This document shows positions 1 through 9,750 of a DNA stretch of 64,000 nt, one piece after another. A program made the translations under genes and the position numbers. Every line of letters starts with the position of its first letter. Positions within the stretch are counted from its first letter, which is position 1. The DNA lies in NCBI GenBank assembly GCA_038208115.1, contig JBBQZC010000001.1, forward strand, positions 77,977-141,976. Direction: 5' to 3'. The stretch comes from Candidatus Moraniibacteriota bacterium (GTDB taxonomy: Bacteria; Patescibacteriota; Minisyncoccia; Moranbacterales; GCA-2747515). A model generated the notes under the pieces. The model searched no databases and had not been told where the DNA came from. It saw only the letters and a program-made list of their open reading frames with translations.

Positions 1-1554
1 TGGGTCAAAAAGATCACGATCGAACACCACCTACCTGCATATCAGGAAATGGAAATCACAGATGATGCGGACGGTCTCTATCTGAGTGAGCCACATGCAA
101 TCCCGGATTTTATTATTGGTGAACATGTGTTTATTTCTACAATCGCCATCTTGACCGACGTGCCGATTATTAGTGCATTTGCATCATTGATACTTTTTGT
201 CATCAATATTTTTACGTTGCTCATGGTCTTCGTGCTAACACGACGATTATTTTGCAATCATCGCTTTGGGTCACACATTGCACTATTAACACTACTCTTT
301 ATTGGACCTCTCTGGACAATTAGCGGTGCTCAAGCCAAATTTGTCAGCGGAGGTGTAATCGGTAATGTGATTGGCAATCTCCTCATTCCTGCAACAATCT
401 ATTTTCTTTATCGGGCATTATCAGAAAAACGTTCTGCATATATGATTCCAGCGATCATCCTCGGCACGACACTTGCATACACACATCATTTGAGTGCATT
501 TATTTTTGGTTACGTTTTCGTTTTTAGTGTAATTCTTTTTATGATTTTTCAGATTGATGGCTGGAATGCGTATAAAAAGATATTTTCTCTTTTTAAAAAT
601 CCATTCATCATCCCACTTCTTATTAGTGCTTGTGCAATGCTTCTTTTTTTCATACCACCGTCATATCTGGACAAAGACGTGATTGCATCATCTATCGGCA
701 CACCAGATAAATCTACACGCATTGGCATTCCTTTTTCACAACTGCAATCCATGATTGGTGACGCACGATTCATATTTGGATTTATCGGTATGATCATATT
801 TTTTATTTCGATCATAATCTTTCGATTGAAAAATTCCTTTGCGATCATTCGATTACATATCCCCGTTGATTCATTCGCAATTGCATTTCTCGGCGGTTGG
901 CTCAGTGCCATCCTACTCATGAGTCTTTTTCCACAGCTCCTTCATGTAAACATTCTTTCATCGCGTATCGCCACCTATGCAGCATTTCCTCTGTCGATCT
1001 TTGCAGCATTTTTCATCATGTGGACGATTGACCATATCAAAGTCCACAATACATCGACACTCGCATTACCGCAGTTCATCATATCTTTTTTCATACTCTG
1101 TATATTGACATATACATTTACATCTGGCCTGCGTGATAATGCGACATCCATGAATGTACGGCCCGAAACCAATGATGCGCTCCAGACATTCCACGCAGGT
1201 GATTATGCAAGTAAAGTATTCAAAAATAATATCCAAAAAAATGATTTTTGGATCCTCAAAGATCATAACTACATCACAGCAGACACATGGCTCAAGATTT
1301 TTTTTACGTATGATTTTGCATTCCCCTTTTCCCGCGGTTACTTTGCGCGATATGAATCCAATCCTGACCGCGAAACATGTACACGCGACATGATCTCCAC
1401 ACCACAATCAGAAAGATCCATATATTGTTATGAATCTCTCAACGTCAGAGCAGTGCTCGTATCGACAAAGCAAGACGCTTCACAATTCACACGATCAGAC
1501 AATTTCTACCGTATCTACCAAAATGACGAACTCAGTCTCTTTTTACGAAAATAA
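1..1554 (+). CDS. Multi-pass membrane protein, probable GT-C fold glycosyltransferase/polymerase (5' partial)
   Basis: Frame is open back to base 1 (WVKKITIEHHLPAYQEM...). About 10 hydrophobic segments, a YTHHLS motif and a soluble C-terminal tail; glycosylation-gene context. Confidence 0.6.
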   Translation, partial: WVKKITIEHHLPAYQEMEITDDADGLYLSEPHAIPDFIIGEHVFISTIAILTDVPIISAFASLILFVINIFTLLMVFVLTRRLFCNHRFGSHIALLTLLFIGPLWTISGAQAKFVSGGVIGNVIGNLLIPATIYFLYRALSEKRSAYMIPAIILGTTLAYTHHLSAFIFGYVFVFSVILFMIFQIDGWNAYKKIFSLFKNPFIIPLLISACAMLLFFIPPSYLDKDVIASSIGTPDKSTRIGIPFSQLQSMIGDARFIFGFIGMIIFFISIIIFRLKNSFAIIRLHIPVDSFAIAFLGGWLSAILLMSLFPQLLHVNILSSRIATYAAFPLSIFAAFFIMWTIDHIKVHNTSTLALPQFIISFFILCILTYTFTSGLRDNATSMNVRPETNDALQTFHAGDYASKVFKNNIQKNDFWILKDHNYITADTWLKIFFTYDFAFPFSRGYFARYESNPDRETCTRDMISTPQSERSIYCYESLNVRAVLVSTKQDASQFTRSDNFYRIYQNDELSLFLRK

Positions 1555-1606
1555 TACAATATTTTTTTATGAACTTTATGAACTTTTAAATTGATAAACG
1601 TGTTCT

Positions 1607-1954
1607 ATGAAATATCCTCATATCATTATCATCACAATTTTAGCAACTCTCATGGCAAGCATGCTCTTTCTTGCATATGTAGAAAAAAACCAACGCGACA
1701 CGGATGAAGATTTCTGGAGCGTGTATTTTGTCTATCCACTGGCAGACAATAACACTTTTGTCATCGATAACCGATCATCTGCGGCGACATTTCACTATGA
1801 TATCACGACAGAATCTGGCATTATCGCATCAGACGATGTAGAGATTGAGACAAAAGATCGCATCCTCATCAAAACTGAAGCAGAACAAAACGCCCAACCT
1901 GTCACGATTACTGTTAAAAAAGGAGATGAAAAGAAAGAATTAGAAAAAAAATAA
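1607..1954 (+). CDS. Small membrane-anchored exported protein (N-terminal TM plus beta-rich domain)
   Basis: 115 aa ORF with one N-terminal hydrophobic helix, followed by a terminator-like hairpin. Confidence 0.6.
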   Translation: MKYPHIIIITILATLMASMLFLAYVEKNQRDTDEDFWSVYFVYPLADNNTFVIDNRSSAATFHYDITTESGIIASDDVEIETKDRILIKTEAEQNAQPVTITVKKGDEKKELEKK

Positions 1955-1987
1955 AAACGACCGTGAGTATAGACTCATGATCGTTTT
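1954..1987. terminator. Probable bidirectional intrinsic terminator
   Basis: aaaacgaccgtgagt-atag-actcatgatcgtttt is an inverted repeat with A/T tails between convergent genes. Confidence 0.65.
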
Positions 1988-2006
1988 GGACATCTACTGC
2001 AAGAAA

Positions 2007-2228
2007 TCAATCAACCTCTTTTATTGACTCTTCCTGCTTTTTTACTTGATCATCTGCAATTTGTGTCATTTTCAACACATAACAGATTTTTTCCGCATAA
2101 TAGCCCAGTGCTAAAATAAGAGCAGCAATGCCTATTGCAATGAATTGAACATCTCTTAGTCCGCCCATTGCATGAAATAAGCCTACTGCGCAATACATCG
2201 TAATCAATGTTTTTGTCAGCTCCATCAT
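2007..2228 (-). CDS. Small hypothetical membrane protein
   Basis: 73 aa with two hydrophobic segments; SD-like AGAGGG upstream; 8 bp downstream of the preceding gene. Confidence 0.5.
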   Translation of the reverse strand: MMELTKTLITMYCAVGLFHAMGGLRDVQFIAIGIAALILALGYYAEKICYVLKMTQIADDQVKKQEESIKEVD

Positions 2229-2236
2229 TCCCTCTT

Positions 2237-2635
2237 TTATAAGTTTTTTGACGATGGTGGTGCATACGATTGATACATCGCCACTCGCACATTGACATCT
2301 TTTAGCTGCCGATCCGAAAGAGAAATAATTTTGTGAACAAATTTGCTCGCATTAAACTCTTCTTTGGCAATCCTCAAATGGATCAATTGTTTCGGAGATT
2401 CAAAACCAATCTCCTTGAGAAAATTTGCGCATTCCTTTTTAGAGAAATGCACAAGGGTTTGACCGGCGCAGCGATTCTTATGAACTGTGTTTATAAACAC
2501 CCACAATCCACGATCGTCCATACGCGTATGATAAATGTCATACGTATCAGCAAATTCCTGATATGACTCACCGTATTGCATGTATCCACATACAATTGCG
2601 ATTACAACACTTACCAAAACAATGACTTTTTTCAT
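2237..2635 (-). CDS. Hypothetical exported protein
   Basis: Signal/anchor MKKVIVLVSVVIAIV; strong SD AAGGAGG upstream of the ATG. Confidence 0.65.
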   Translation of the reverse strand: MKKVIVLVSVVIAIVCGYMQYGESYQEFADTYDIYHTRMDDRGLWVFINTVHKNRCAGQTLVHFSKKECANFLKEIGFESPKQLIHLRIAKEEFNASKFVHKIISLSDRQLKDVNVRVAMYQSYAPPSSKNL

Positions 2636-2727
2636 AACAAACCTCCTTAGTTTGCTTTGAATTATGGAGAAAAGCTGTTAAAATAACAATAAGGTACGAA
2701 TTAAAATTATAACACATTTTTAACGTA

Positions 2728-3852
2728 ATGTCAATACTTACTAAGAAAATCCTTTTTGTTACACGTCCACTTTCTCCCCCATGGGATGAAGCGAGTAAAA
2801 ACTTCGCCTATGATCTCGCATGCAATATAGGTGATTACGCGGTCACAATTCCTGTTGATGTTATCAACCCACACACACCAATTACTGTTACGCAAAAACA
2901 AATCTATTCATCAAATAATTTTACCTTATGGCAAAAAGTCCGATTAGTATTTTTCTTGTGGCAAAATGCACAACAATTTGATCTCATACATCTCCTCTTC
3001 ACTCCGACAAAATTTAACAGTGCTGTATTAAAATTTGTTTTAAAAAACAAAGATGTAAAAGTTATTCAAACTATTGCAACAGTACGTGATGATCTTTACT
3101 CCACAAAAGACCTTAAAAAAATGTATTTTGGCGATATGCTTGTGACATATTCTCAGTGGGCAAAGACAAAATTAGAAAAAATGGGGTTTACCAATATCAG
3201 GCAAATTTATCCCGGCATCAATCTCTCCAAATTTTCTCCTTCTCCAAAGAATTCTACGCTTTTGTCTCAATTAGGTTTTTCAGAAACTGATATGATTGTT
3301 TCATATCCGGGAGAATTTGTTCGACTTGGTGCGACCGACCTCATCATCGATACATTTCTCGATATCTGGAAAGAACCTACAAACACACATATCAAATATT
3401 TGTGTGCATGTCGCATCAAAAACGATGCCGATCAAAAGAAGAAGGAAGAGCTAATCCATCGCCTCACTGTTGCAGGATATCGCAATCACGTCGTTTTTAC
3501 AGACACATTTAGCGATGTAAATGCACTATATAATCTCGCTGATATTATTATCTTCCCCGTCACATCCATGAAAGGCAAATTTGATGTGCCTCTCGCAATG
3601 ATTGAACCTTATGCCTGCAAAAAACCCGTTATTGCGTCTGACCTTGAGCTATTTCGAGAGTTTTCGAGTGATGCAATCAATGTTATAATACCCACGGCAC
3701 AAAAAGAACCTCTCCGACATGCAATTCTTACACTCGCTACGGACCATATACAACGAAAGGCACTTGGAGAAAGCGCATTCATATTTGCACACCAAACATT
3801 TGATATTAAAAACGTAGCACGTAACTACATACGAATCTATGAACAATTATAA
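2728..3852 (+). CDS. Glycosyltransferase family 4 (GT-B)
   Basis: IYPGINL and ADIIIFP...FDVPLAMIEPYACKKPVIASD (variant of the EX7E region); 374 aa. Confidence 0.85.
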   Translation: MSILTKKILFVTRPLSPPWDEASKNFAYDLACNIGDYAVTIPVDVINPHTPITVTQKQIYSSNNFTLWQKVRLVFFLWQNAQQFDLIHLLFTPTKFNSAVLKFVLKNKDVKVIQTIATVRDDLYSTKDLKKMYFGDMLVTYSQWAKTKLEKMGFTNIRQIYPGINLSKFSPSPKNSTLLSQLGFSETDMIVSYPGEFVRLGATDLIIDTFLDIWKEPTNTHIKYLCACRIKNDADQKKKEELIHRLTVAGYRNHVVFTDTFSDVNALYNLADIIIFPVTSMKGKFDVPLAMIEPYACKKPVIASDLELFREFSSDAINVIIPTAQKEPLRHAILTLATDHIQRKALGESAFIFAHQTFDIKNVARNYIRIYEQL

Positions 3853-5347
3853 AAATTCCATACACAAAATCTCAGAACACCAACATGAGTTCAAAACAGA
3901 CGAAATGTCTGTCTCATCCCGTTTTTTTATGAGTGAGGATCTCCTCCCAGAAGAACAAACTTTCACACAATCAGAGGATATCGCGTCAAACAAAGATATA
4001 TTCTTCCGTCATACAGTCGCAATGCCTGATATATGCTCCAAGCCTGGACGCAAAAATGCATCTGGCACCACAATCGTATCTGATAAATACATCTTGCCAC
4101 AAGTCAATGATTCCGATCCAAACTGTGGCATGCGATTGGTCAAAACCACCCTTACCGAAGAAAACACATCTCCAGAAGAAATTCGCATACTTTTTGAACA
4201 ACTCGTCAACACTGTCCCAACCAAAAAACTTATCGGTACACATGTGCCATTTGATACAGTAGTGGATATTTGTCGCAAAGGCACATCTGCCGCAATCGAC
4301 TATTTTAATATTGCAACAAAAAATGAGTTAGAAAACACACAATACAATGGAAACTTTTTTGGCAAAGAGATGTCCCCACAAGATATCTTTGATGTCATCC
4401 CAAAATTATATCTCCATTTTGCCAAGTATCGTCTCGGCATACTCGGTGCTGCAGGTAATCACTTTCTCGATCTCATGAAAGTGACCGATATTGTTGATCC
4501 TATAGTCGCAGAAAAGCTTGGTATTAGTAAGGGACAATATCTTTTCATGGTACACACAGGGTCTGGCATACTCGGACAATATACGATGTACACACACACT
4601 GCAAAAAAGCGTGAACACTTCTCTCAGTCACTCATGGTCACACTCGGTCGTATGATGTTTAGCTCTACTAAAAAAGACGTATACAGATCCATGCAAAATA
4701 AGATCGCTCAACACATGACAGGCGATCAAACCCTTCTCACATACGATGCAGATGGACCAGATGGTGAGCTTTATATGAACGCGCGTGCAGCAGCATCAAA
4801 TTTTGGCACAGCAAATCGTGCTGTAATCATTCACAACATTGCCAATACGATCAAAAAAACATTGAGCCGTGATCCACATATGGATCTGATTTACGACCTC
4901 CCGCACATTTCAATCACACGAGAAAATCACTTTGATAAAGATGTCTGGGTACATCGCAACAACACTTCGCGCGCATTCGGACCGAGCAAGATGCACGAAC
5001 ATCCTGTTTACCGTGAAACTGGTGAACCTGTATTCATTCCATCATCAATGAGCACGGATGCGTATATCTGTGTTGGCACCGACCGCAATGCAGAAAGTTT
5101 TTATTCTGCTCCACATGGAACTGGCAAAGGTAAAAACAGAACAGAAAAAACCATTACAAACAAAGAAGAGTTATTTGCGAAAATGAAAGAAAAAGGTGTA
5201 CATCTCTACAATGCCAAATCATCGATTGTCATCAATCAAGATTCTGCACGTTATAAAAACATCAACCGTGTCATCGAAGGCGTCGAGGCAAACGGAATTG
5301 CGCACGTTATCGCAAAAATGCAACCAGTAAGCGTCATTGTATATTAA
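3839..5347 (+). CDS. rtcB: RtcB-family ligase, divergent
   Basis: Ordered motifs MPD, DPNCG, GNHF, HTGS, DLPH, VHR, IPSSM, SAPHGTG and RYK match the RtcB layout; overlaps the GT4 gene by 14 nt. Confidence 0.85.
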   Translation: MNNYKNSIHKISEHQHEFKTDEMSVSSRFFMSEDLLPEEQTFTQSEDIASNKDIFFRHTVAMPDICSKPGRKNASGTTIVSDKYILPQVNDSDPNCGMRLVKTTLTEENTSPEEIRILFEQLVNTVPTKKLIGTHVPFDTVVDICRKGTSAAIDYFNIATKNELENTQYNGNFFGKEMSPQDIFDVIPKLYLHFAKYRLGILGAAGNHFLDLMKVTDIVDPIVAEKLGISKGQYLFMVHTGSGILGQYTMYTHTAKKREHFSQSLMVTLGRMMFSSTKKDVYRSMQNKIAQHMTGDQTLLTYDADGPDGELYMNARAAASNFGTANRAVIIHNIANTIKKTLSRDPHMDLIYDLPHISITRENHFDKDVWVHRNNTSRAFGPSKMHEHPVYRETGEPVFIPSSMSTDAYICVGTDRNAESFYSAPHGTGKGKNRTEKTITNKEELFAKMKEKGVHLYNAKSSIVINQDSARYKNINRVIEGVEANGIAHVIAKMQPVSVIVY

Positions 5348-5371
5348 ATTGCTCAAAATAGACTACCAAAG

Positions 5372-5407
5372 ATTTACCCTTCAGATATCCGGAGGGTAAA
5401 TTTTTTT
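5372..5407 (+). terminator. Intrinsic terminator after rtcB
   Basis: atttaccct...agggtaaat stem followed by a T-run. Confidence 0.75.
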
Positions 5408-5977
5408 ACAAATCCTTATCAAAAATACAGAAGTGCGGAGAGCTTGTATAAACTTTCTGCACGTGCGTCTGTTCATTACGATGCATCCTGCGCCATGAGC
5501 ATCTCCTTTCCTTTTTGCTCTCGATGGCTCAAAGGTGTTATCGGTTATACGGCTATTCCGTAATATATTTCTCGCCTGTTCTGATATTAGGCGACTGCGA
5601 TCACGATCACGATAGATGCTTTTTTGGTGCAGGTAGATTGTACGCCCAGAGGATTAATCATTTTCCCATTTTGCTGCAGTTTTTCCGTAAGACGGGTATA
5701 CATCATCAGTGCATTCTCCTCTTTAAAATTACATACCTGTTAATACATTTTTTCACAAACTCGTTTGCTCGTCACACCCTCTTGCTTGAATATTATACAA
5801 TTGAAACACCTTTCACCTACAATTATGCCAAATGCATATTTCACGTCAAAAAATAATGCAGTATTATTTCCCTTTATAAAAAATAGACTTTTGTCTGAAA
5901 ACATGTTAAAAATATCAAGAGAAAGATTTTGTTCTTTAAATTAGTTGTACACCTCAAAAAAAGACAAGGAGTACTGC

Positions 5978-7282
5978 ATGGAAAGATTATTTGTCATCAT
6001 CGTATCAGCACTCGTCGGTACAGTATTTTATTTTTGGTGCGTACTGATACTCAAAAAAGAATCTGCAAGAGAATACGTCAGAGCGCATCCTTTTTTTCTT
6101 CACCCAAACGCTATATGTTATTGGCGCACGGCAATGGCTTTGTGTGGCTATTACCTCTACTTTTGGACCATAGGGTATCAATCACTGGCCATATTCATCT
6201 TTACATTTGCAGCAATATTAGATGGCGTGGATGGTGTAGTAGCACGGAAGTGTAATTTAATCTCGCAAAAAGGTGCGACTCTCGATCCTCTATGTGATAA
6301 ATTTACATATTTACCACCTCTACTCAATTTTTCTTTTCTCGGAATCATGTCTACGGAGCTTGTGCTTGCTCTCACATGTGTAGAATTTGTGGGTCAATTT
6401 TTTACCAGACCAATCCTGAAACGTTTTCAGCTGTCTGTTGCTGCTAATAATTTTGGCAAGATCAAAGCAATCATTTGCTTTGGACTGGTAATTTATGGCG
6501 CTCTTTTGGACGCTGAGCCGCATCTTATGAACATTTGTAATGAGGTGCTAATCTCAACGATTATCCTTTCATCAGCATCTATGATCTTCAAGTTCATTCC
6601 AAACAGATTGTATGCTGACATTCTCTCTCTGTTAAATTTTTGCTGTGGTGTTGCGAGTCTCATATACGCACATGAACATCATTTTGTTCTAGCTACCATT
6701 GCTATTCTCACTGGTCAAATGTTTGATCTGTTTGATGGCAGAATGGCAGAAAAATACGGCGGTACTAAGGCTGGTCCATATTTAGATGACATGGCAGATT
6801 TTGTGAGCTTCGGCATTTGCCCTGCGTACATCCTCTACTTACTCGGAAATGGTGTGACATCTATCCTGGGCATTTGTTTTATCATCGGTATCGCATATCG
6901 ACTCATAAGATTCGTGCTATATGATAAAAAAAGAACAGATCTCCCACCTGGCATCTTCAATGGATTGCCCAGTCCAGCTGGCGCACTCATCATTCTCGGA
7001 TCAACACTAAGTCTCAGTCCCACATTTCTCTCGATAGCAATTGTCATATCAATCAGCCTCATGGTAAGCAATATTCGATTTGCGCACTTTGGTCGCGTGA
7101 TTCTCAAGAAATTGCCCAAACCGATTTTTTTTCTCTTTGGTGCATTTCTCATCATCACGCTAACGTATATAACAAAAATCAGAGATCCACAGTTATTTGG
7201 CTACCTCCTTTTGTTTTCCGCCATGATCTATATCATGACAGGTAGAAAAATGGCTATGGATATATGCAAATCCCCACAATAA
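5978..7282 (+). CDS. Tandem CDP-alcohol phosphatidyltransferase (PgsA-like plus PssA-like halves)
   Basis: Two DxxDGxxA...GxxxDxxxD motifs (DGVDGVVAR...GATLDPLCD and DLFDGRMAE...GPYLDDMAD) and a PssA-type GLPSPAG. SD AAGGAG precedes ATG 5978. Confidence 0.85.
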   Translation: MERLFVIIVSALVGTVFYFWCVLILKKESAREYVRAHPFFLHPNAICYWRTAMALCGYYLYFWTIGYQSLAIFIFTFAAILDGVDGVVARKCNLISQKGATLDPLCDKFTYLPPLLNFSFLGIMSTELVLALTCVEFVGQFFTRPILKRFQLSVAANNFGKIKAIICFGLVIYGALLDAEPHLMNICNEVLISTIILSSASMIFKFIPNRLYADILSLLNFCCGVASLIYAHEHHFVLATIAILTGQMFDLFDGRMAEKYGGTKAGPYLDDMADFVSFGICPAYILYLLGNGVTSILGICFIIGIAYRLIRFVLYDKKRTDLPPGIFNGLPSPAGALIILGSTLSLSPTFLSIAIVISISLMVSNIRFAHFGRVILKKLPKPIFFLFGAFLIITLTYITKIRDPQLFGYLLLFSAMIYIMTGRKMAMDICKSPQ

Positions 7283-7289
7283 ACCCTAG

Positions 7290-7322
7290 AAGGCCGTGTC
7301 ATCATAATGACCGGCTTTTTTC
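7290..7322 (+). terminator. Intrinsic terminator
   Basis: aaggccgtgtcat-cata-atgaccggctt followed by a T-run just after the stop codon. Confidence 0.6.
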
Positions 7323-7486
7323 TTACACTATTCATATATTTATTAGGCGTCAAAAAATAGACATGCACATACTGACATGATAAGATCATCTGTCGGTATT
7401 TTATACATCACATCTGTATCAGTATATATTAAACAATGCTCATAAATATTTTTCTCACAAAAAAATCATTTAGATATTATGCTTAA

Positions 7487-7765
7487 TCATTTTTTAAATT
7501 TCTTCTGACAATCTATCGCTTCATTGATGCATTCTTCTGGATCATAACCGAGATCATCACACCATCGTATGGTTGCAAAAATGATATTCCCAAGCTCTTT
7601 TTTTAATTCTTGATCAGTATGTGTCTTTTCATCCTTTGGCGCATTACGCTCCCATCGACACAAATCACCAAATACTTTTCCCATACGCACAATAATCTGC
7701 GCCAGTGGTAATTTTTGATCACCCCAAATCGCACGACTATGCTTTAATAAGATCTTTATTTCCAT
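7487..7765 (-). CDS. MazG-like all-alpha nucleotide pyrophosphohydrolase fold protein
   Basis: 92 aa; GDLCR...LKKELGNII...LGYDPEE pattern resembles short MazG-like proteins. Confidence 0.55.
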   Translation of the reverse strand: MEIKILLKHSRAIWGDQKLPLAQIIVRMGKVFGDLCRWERNAPKDEKTHTDQELKKELGNIIFATIRWCDDLGYDPEECINEAIDCQKKFKK

Positions 7766-7854
7766 AATTTTTTATAAGATAGTTACCAGAAATACTTTCA
7801 TCGTCATCCTATTATACCATTTTTTACAATGATAAAGATGCGACTTCACATATT

Positions 7855-8589
7855 TTATATACAAATCTTTTTCTTAAGCCAGCACTCTGTCCCATATGGT
7901 TTTTTGTTATAATATCTTTTTGCATGTTCCACAAGAAGTGCGTGATATTCTTGATAGACAATCATTAATTTCGTATTATCTGTAATCATATTTTGCAACG
8001 CTTTTTCAAAAAATGTTTTTGCAGTATCATATGTAGTGCTTTCTTCAAAAAACCCTACGTGTGTCATAATTCTCTTCGTATATGTATCCACGACAAATTC
8101 CGGCTGTTTAAAAGCATACAATAGCATAGAATCCGCAGTCTCTGGCCCAATACCTATGCATGCACGCAATTCTTCTCTTGATGGTATTTTATCACTGAGA
8201 TTAAGAAAAAATGGAACAAAATCTTTAATATAACGAGATTTTTGATTATGATACCCCGATGGTTTGATTGCCTCTCTCAATTTGACATCATCCAACGCAA
8301 TGATTGATTCAGGTGTTAAACTGTGAAGACTTTGTAAATTCAACAATGACTTTTCTACGGAAGTCCATGATGTATTCTGCGTTAAAAAACATCCCAGACA
8401 GATCTCAAATTGTTCATCTCGTGTTCGTGGGAATGCATAATCTCCCACATGATATCCACTGATCACACCAGACGTGGTCGGATTGATCCCATCATAATTT
8501 ACCAGAGGCCACCATCCTTGCGCTCCATACGCTTTGTGCAATTCTAGATAAATTGTATATATTTCTCTTACCATACACGGACCAATCAT
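7855..8589 (-). CDS. HhH-GPD DNA glycosylase (endonuclease III-like)
   Basis: YGAQGWWP, LTQNTSW, GIGPETADSMLLYA, VVDTYTKR and EYHALLVEH; the 4Fe-4S cysteine cluster is absent. Confidence 0.85.
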   Translation of the reverse strand: MIGPCMVREIYTIYLELHKAYGAQGWWPLVNYDGINPTTSGVISGYHVGDYAFPRTRDEQFEICLGCFLTQNTSWTSVEKSLLNLQSLHSLTPESIIALDDVKLREAIKPSGYHNQKSRYIKDFVPFFLNLSDKIPSREELRACIGIGPETADSMLLYAFKQPEFVVDTYTKRIMTHVGFFEESTTYDTAKTFFEKALQNMITDNTKLMIVYQEYHALLVEHAKRYYNKKPYGTECWLKKKICI

Positions 8590-9620
8590 ACTGGCGACTT
8601 TTGTGATTGTATAATGGCATATTTTATAGCTTCTCGTGCCAAAACGCCATCCTCATATTTTCCTCTATTCTGTTCAAGCCACCGTGCGATATTTTGTGCT
8701 ACTAATTCAGAAAAACTTGTCCCTTGCATGTCTGCAGCTACTCTCGTTCTATCCATTTCTCGTGGTTGCTCATGTATATTATTTTCTTTCATCCATGCTG
8801 TTATTGCATCCATGATTTTCTCAGTATTTTCTGTATTCTTGAAGTGTACGACGATTGAATCATTATGCGATAAGAATCCCGTAAAGCTTTCAGGAATTTT
8901 GACTTTAATAATATCATCGCTCTCCTGCGATAGTCGTCGCAACGTTTTTGTCAACTGAGGCATATGTCGAATAAATGCATATTCATCAATTGGAATTGTC
9001 GTATATATTTTCATACTATTTGTATCACGATCTTGTATGTCAGGACGTGTGTTAATACCAAACCATCCCGGATTACTTTCCCATGAGAATTCAGGACTCT
9101 CTATAAACACTTTTTCTAGTATCTCCCGCACATGTCTATACCATGACTTTTGTTCACTATATGCAGCCATGTGGTCGGCAACCTCCACCCCTGCAGCATA
9201 TGTATTTCCCACAAATTCACTTCGCTGCGTCAGCATGTCACGAATATCCCCAGCTACGCGATCTACAAAATTTGCGTAATCCACATGGTTTTTCAATCGA
9301 TCCAACAATTTTTCTTCACAAAGCTTTACATTTGGCAGATCTTTATACTTTTCAAAGTTAAATACATCACCCCGATCTTTCTCTGGATTTCCTGCAATTA
9401 ATTGCCTTGTTCTCTCTAAGTCTTCTGACTCCTTAAGAGACTTTTCAGCTATTGTTTTTTGCCAAGATTCTTCACGCTCCTGATTATATTGTTCCAATGT
9501 TTCATCCACACGCATCGCTCGCCCCACCATATGCATCTCCTTTTGCATTTCTGCTACTTCATTTGGCGTGAGTTTTTGATTGTTGTTTTCATGATCGATC
9601 ATATAGGTAATTTTTATCAT
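8586..9620 (-). CDS. Hypothetical protein with a HopA1-like C-terminal domain (tentative)
   Basis: 344 aa with a charged helical N-terminus; KIYTTI...KVKIP...DSIVVHF...GTSFSE pattern. Confidence 0.5.
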   Translation of the reverse strand: MIKITYMIDHENNNQKLTPNEVAEMQKEMHMVGRAMRVDETLEQYNQEREESWQKTIAEKSLKESEDLERTRQLIAGNPEKDRGDVFNFEKYKDLPNVKLCEEKLLDRLKNHVDYANFVDRVAGDIRDMLTQRSEFVGNTYAAGVEVADHMAAYSEQKSWYRHVREILEKVFIESPEFSWESNPGWFGINTRPDIQDRDTNSMKIYTTIPIDEYAFIRHMPQLTKTLRRLSQESDDIIKVKIPESFTGFLSHNDSIVVHFKNTENTEKIMDAITAWMKENNIHEQPREMDRTRVAADMQGTSFSELVAQNIARWLEQNRGKYEDGVLAREAIKYAIIQSQKSPV

Positions 9621-9673
9621 AACACCGTATTATTTGTACATTACACATACTATCAGCATACATCATTTTCTCA
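9618..9673. repeat. 56-bp direct repeat copy 1 (start codon plus upstream region)
   Basis: 49/56 identical, without gaps, to 13632..13687. Confidence 0.85.
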
Positions 9674-9750
9674 TTTTTACATAGACAAAATCTTTGACCA
9701 TATATAATAAATATGGCATCATTAAGGGACTATTTGAATCAATTATATTC

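Noticed and set aside
1566-1590. Short tandem tttatgaac x2
   Set aside because: Only two units in AT-rich intergenic DNA.
5430-5860. ORF 5515..5856 (+), short SD-preceded minus-strand frames and a hairpin at about 5433..5462
   Set aside because: No recognisable protein motif, and the minus-strand frames break quickly. It may be a decayed gene or an ncRNA, but I cannot support either.
7368-7400. Imperfect hairpin atactgacatgat-aag-atcatctgtcggtat as an ncRNA or riboswitch
   Set aside because: It matches no family I recognise and lies between convergent genes; at most it is a second terminator.
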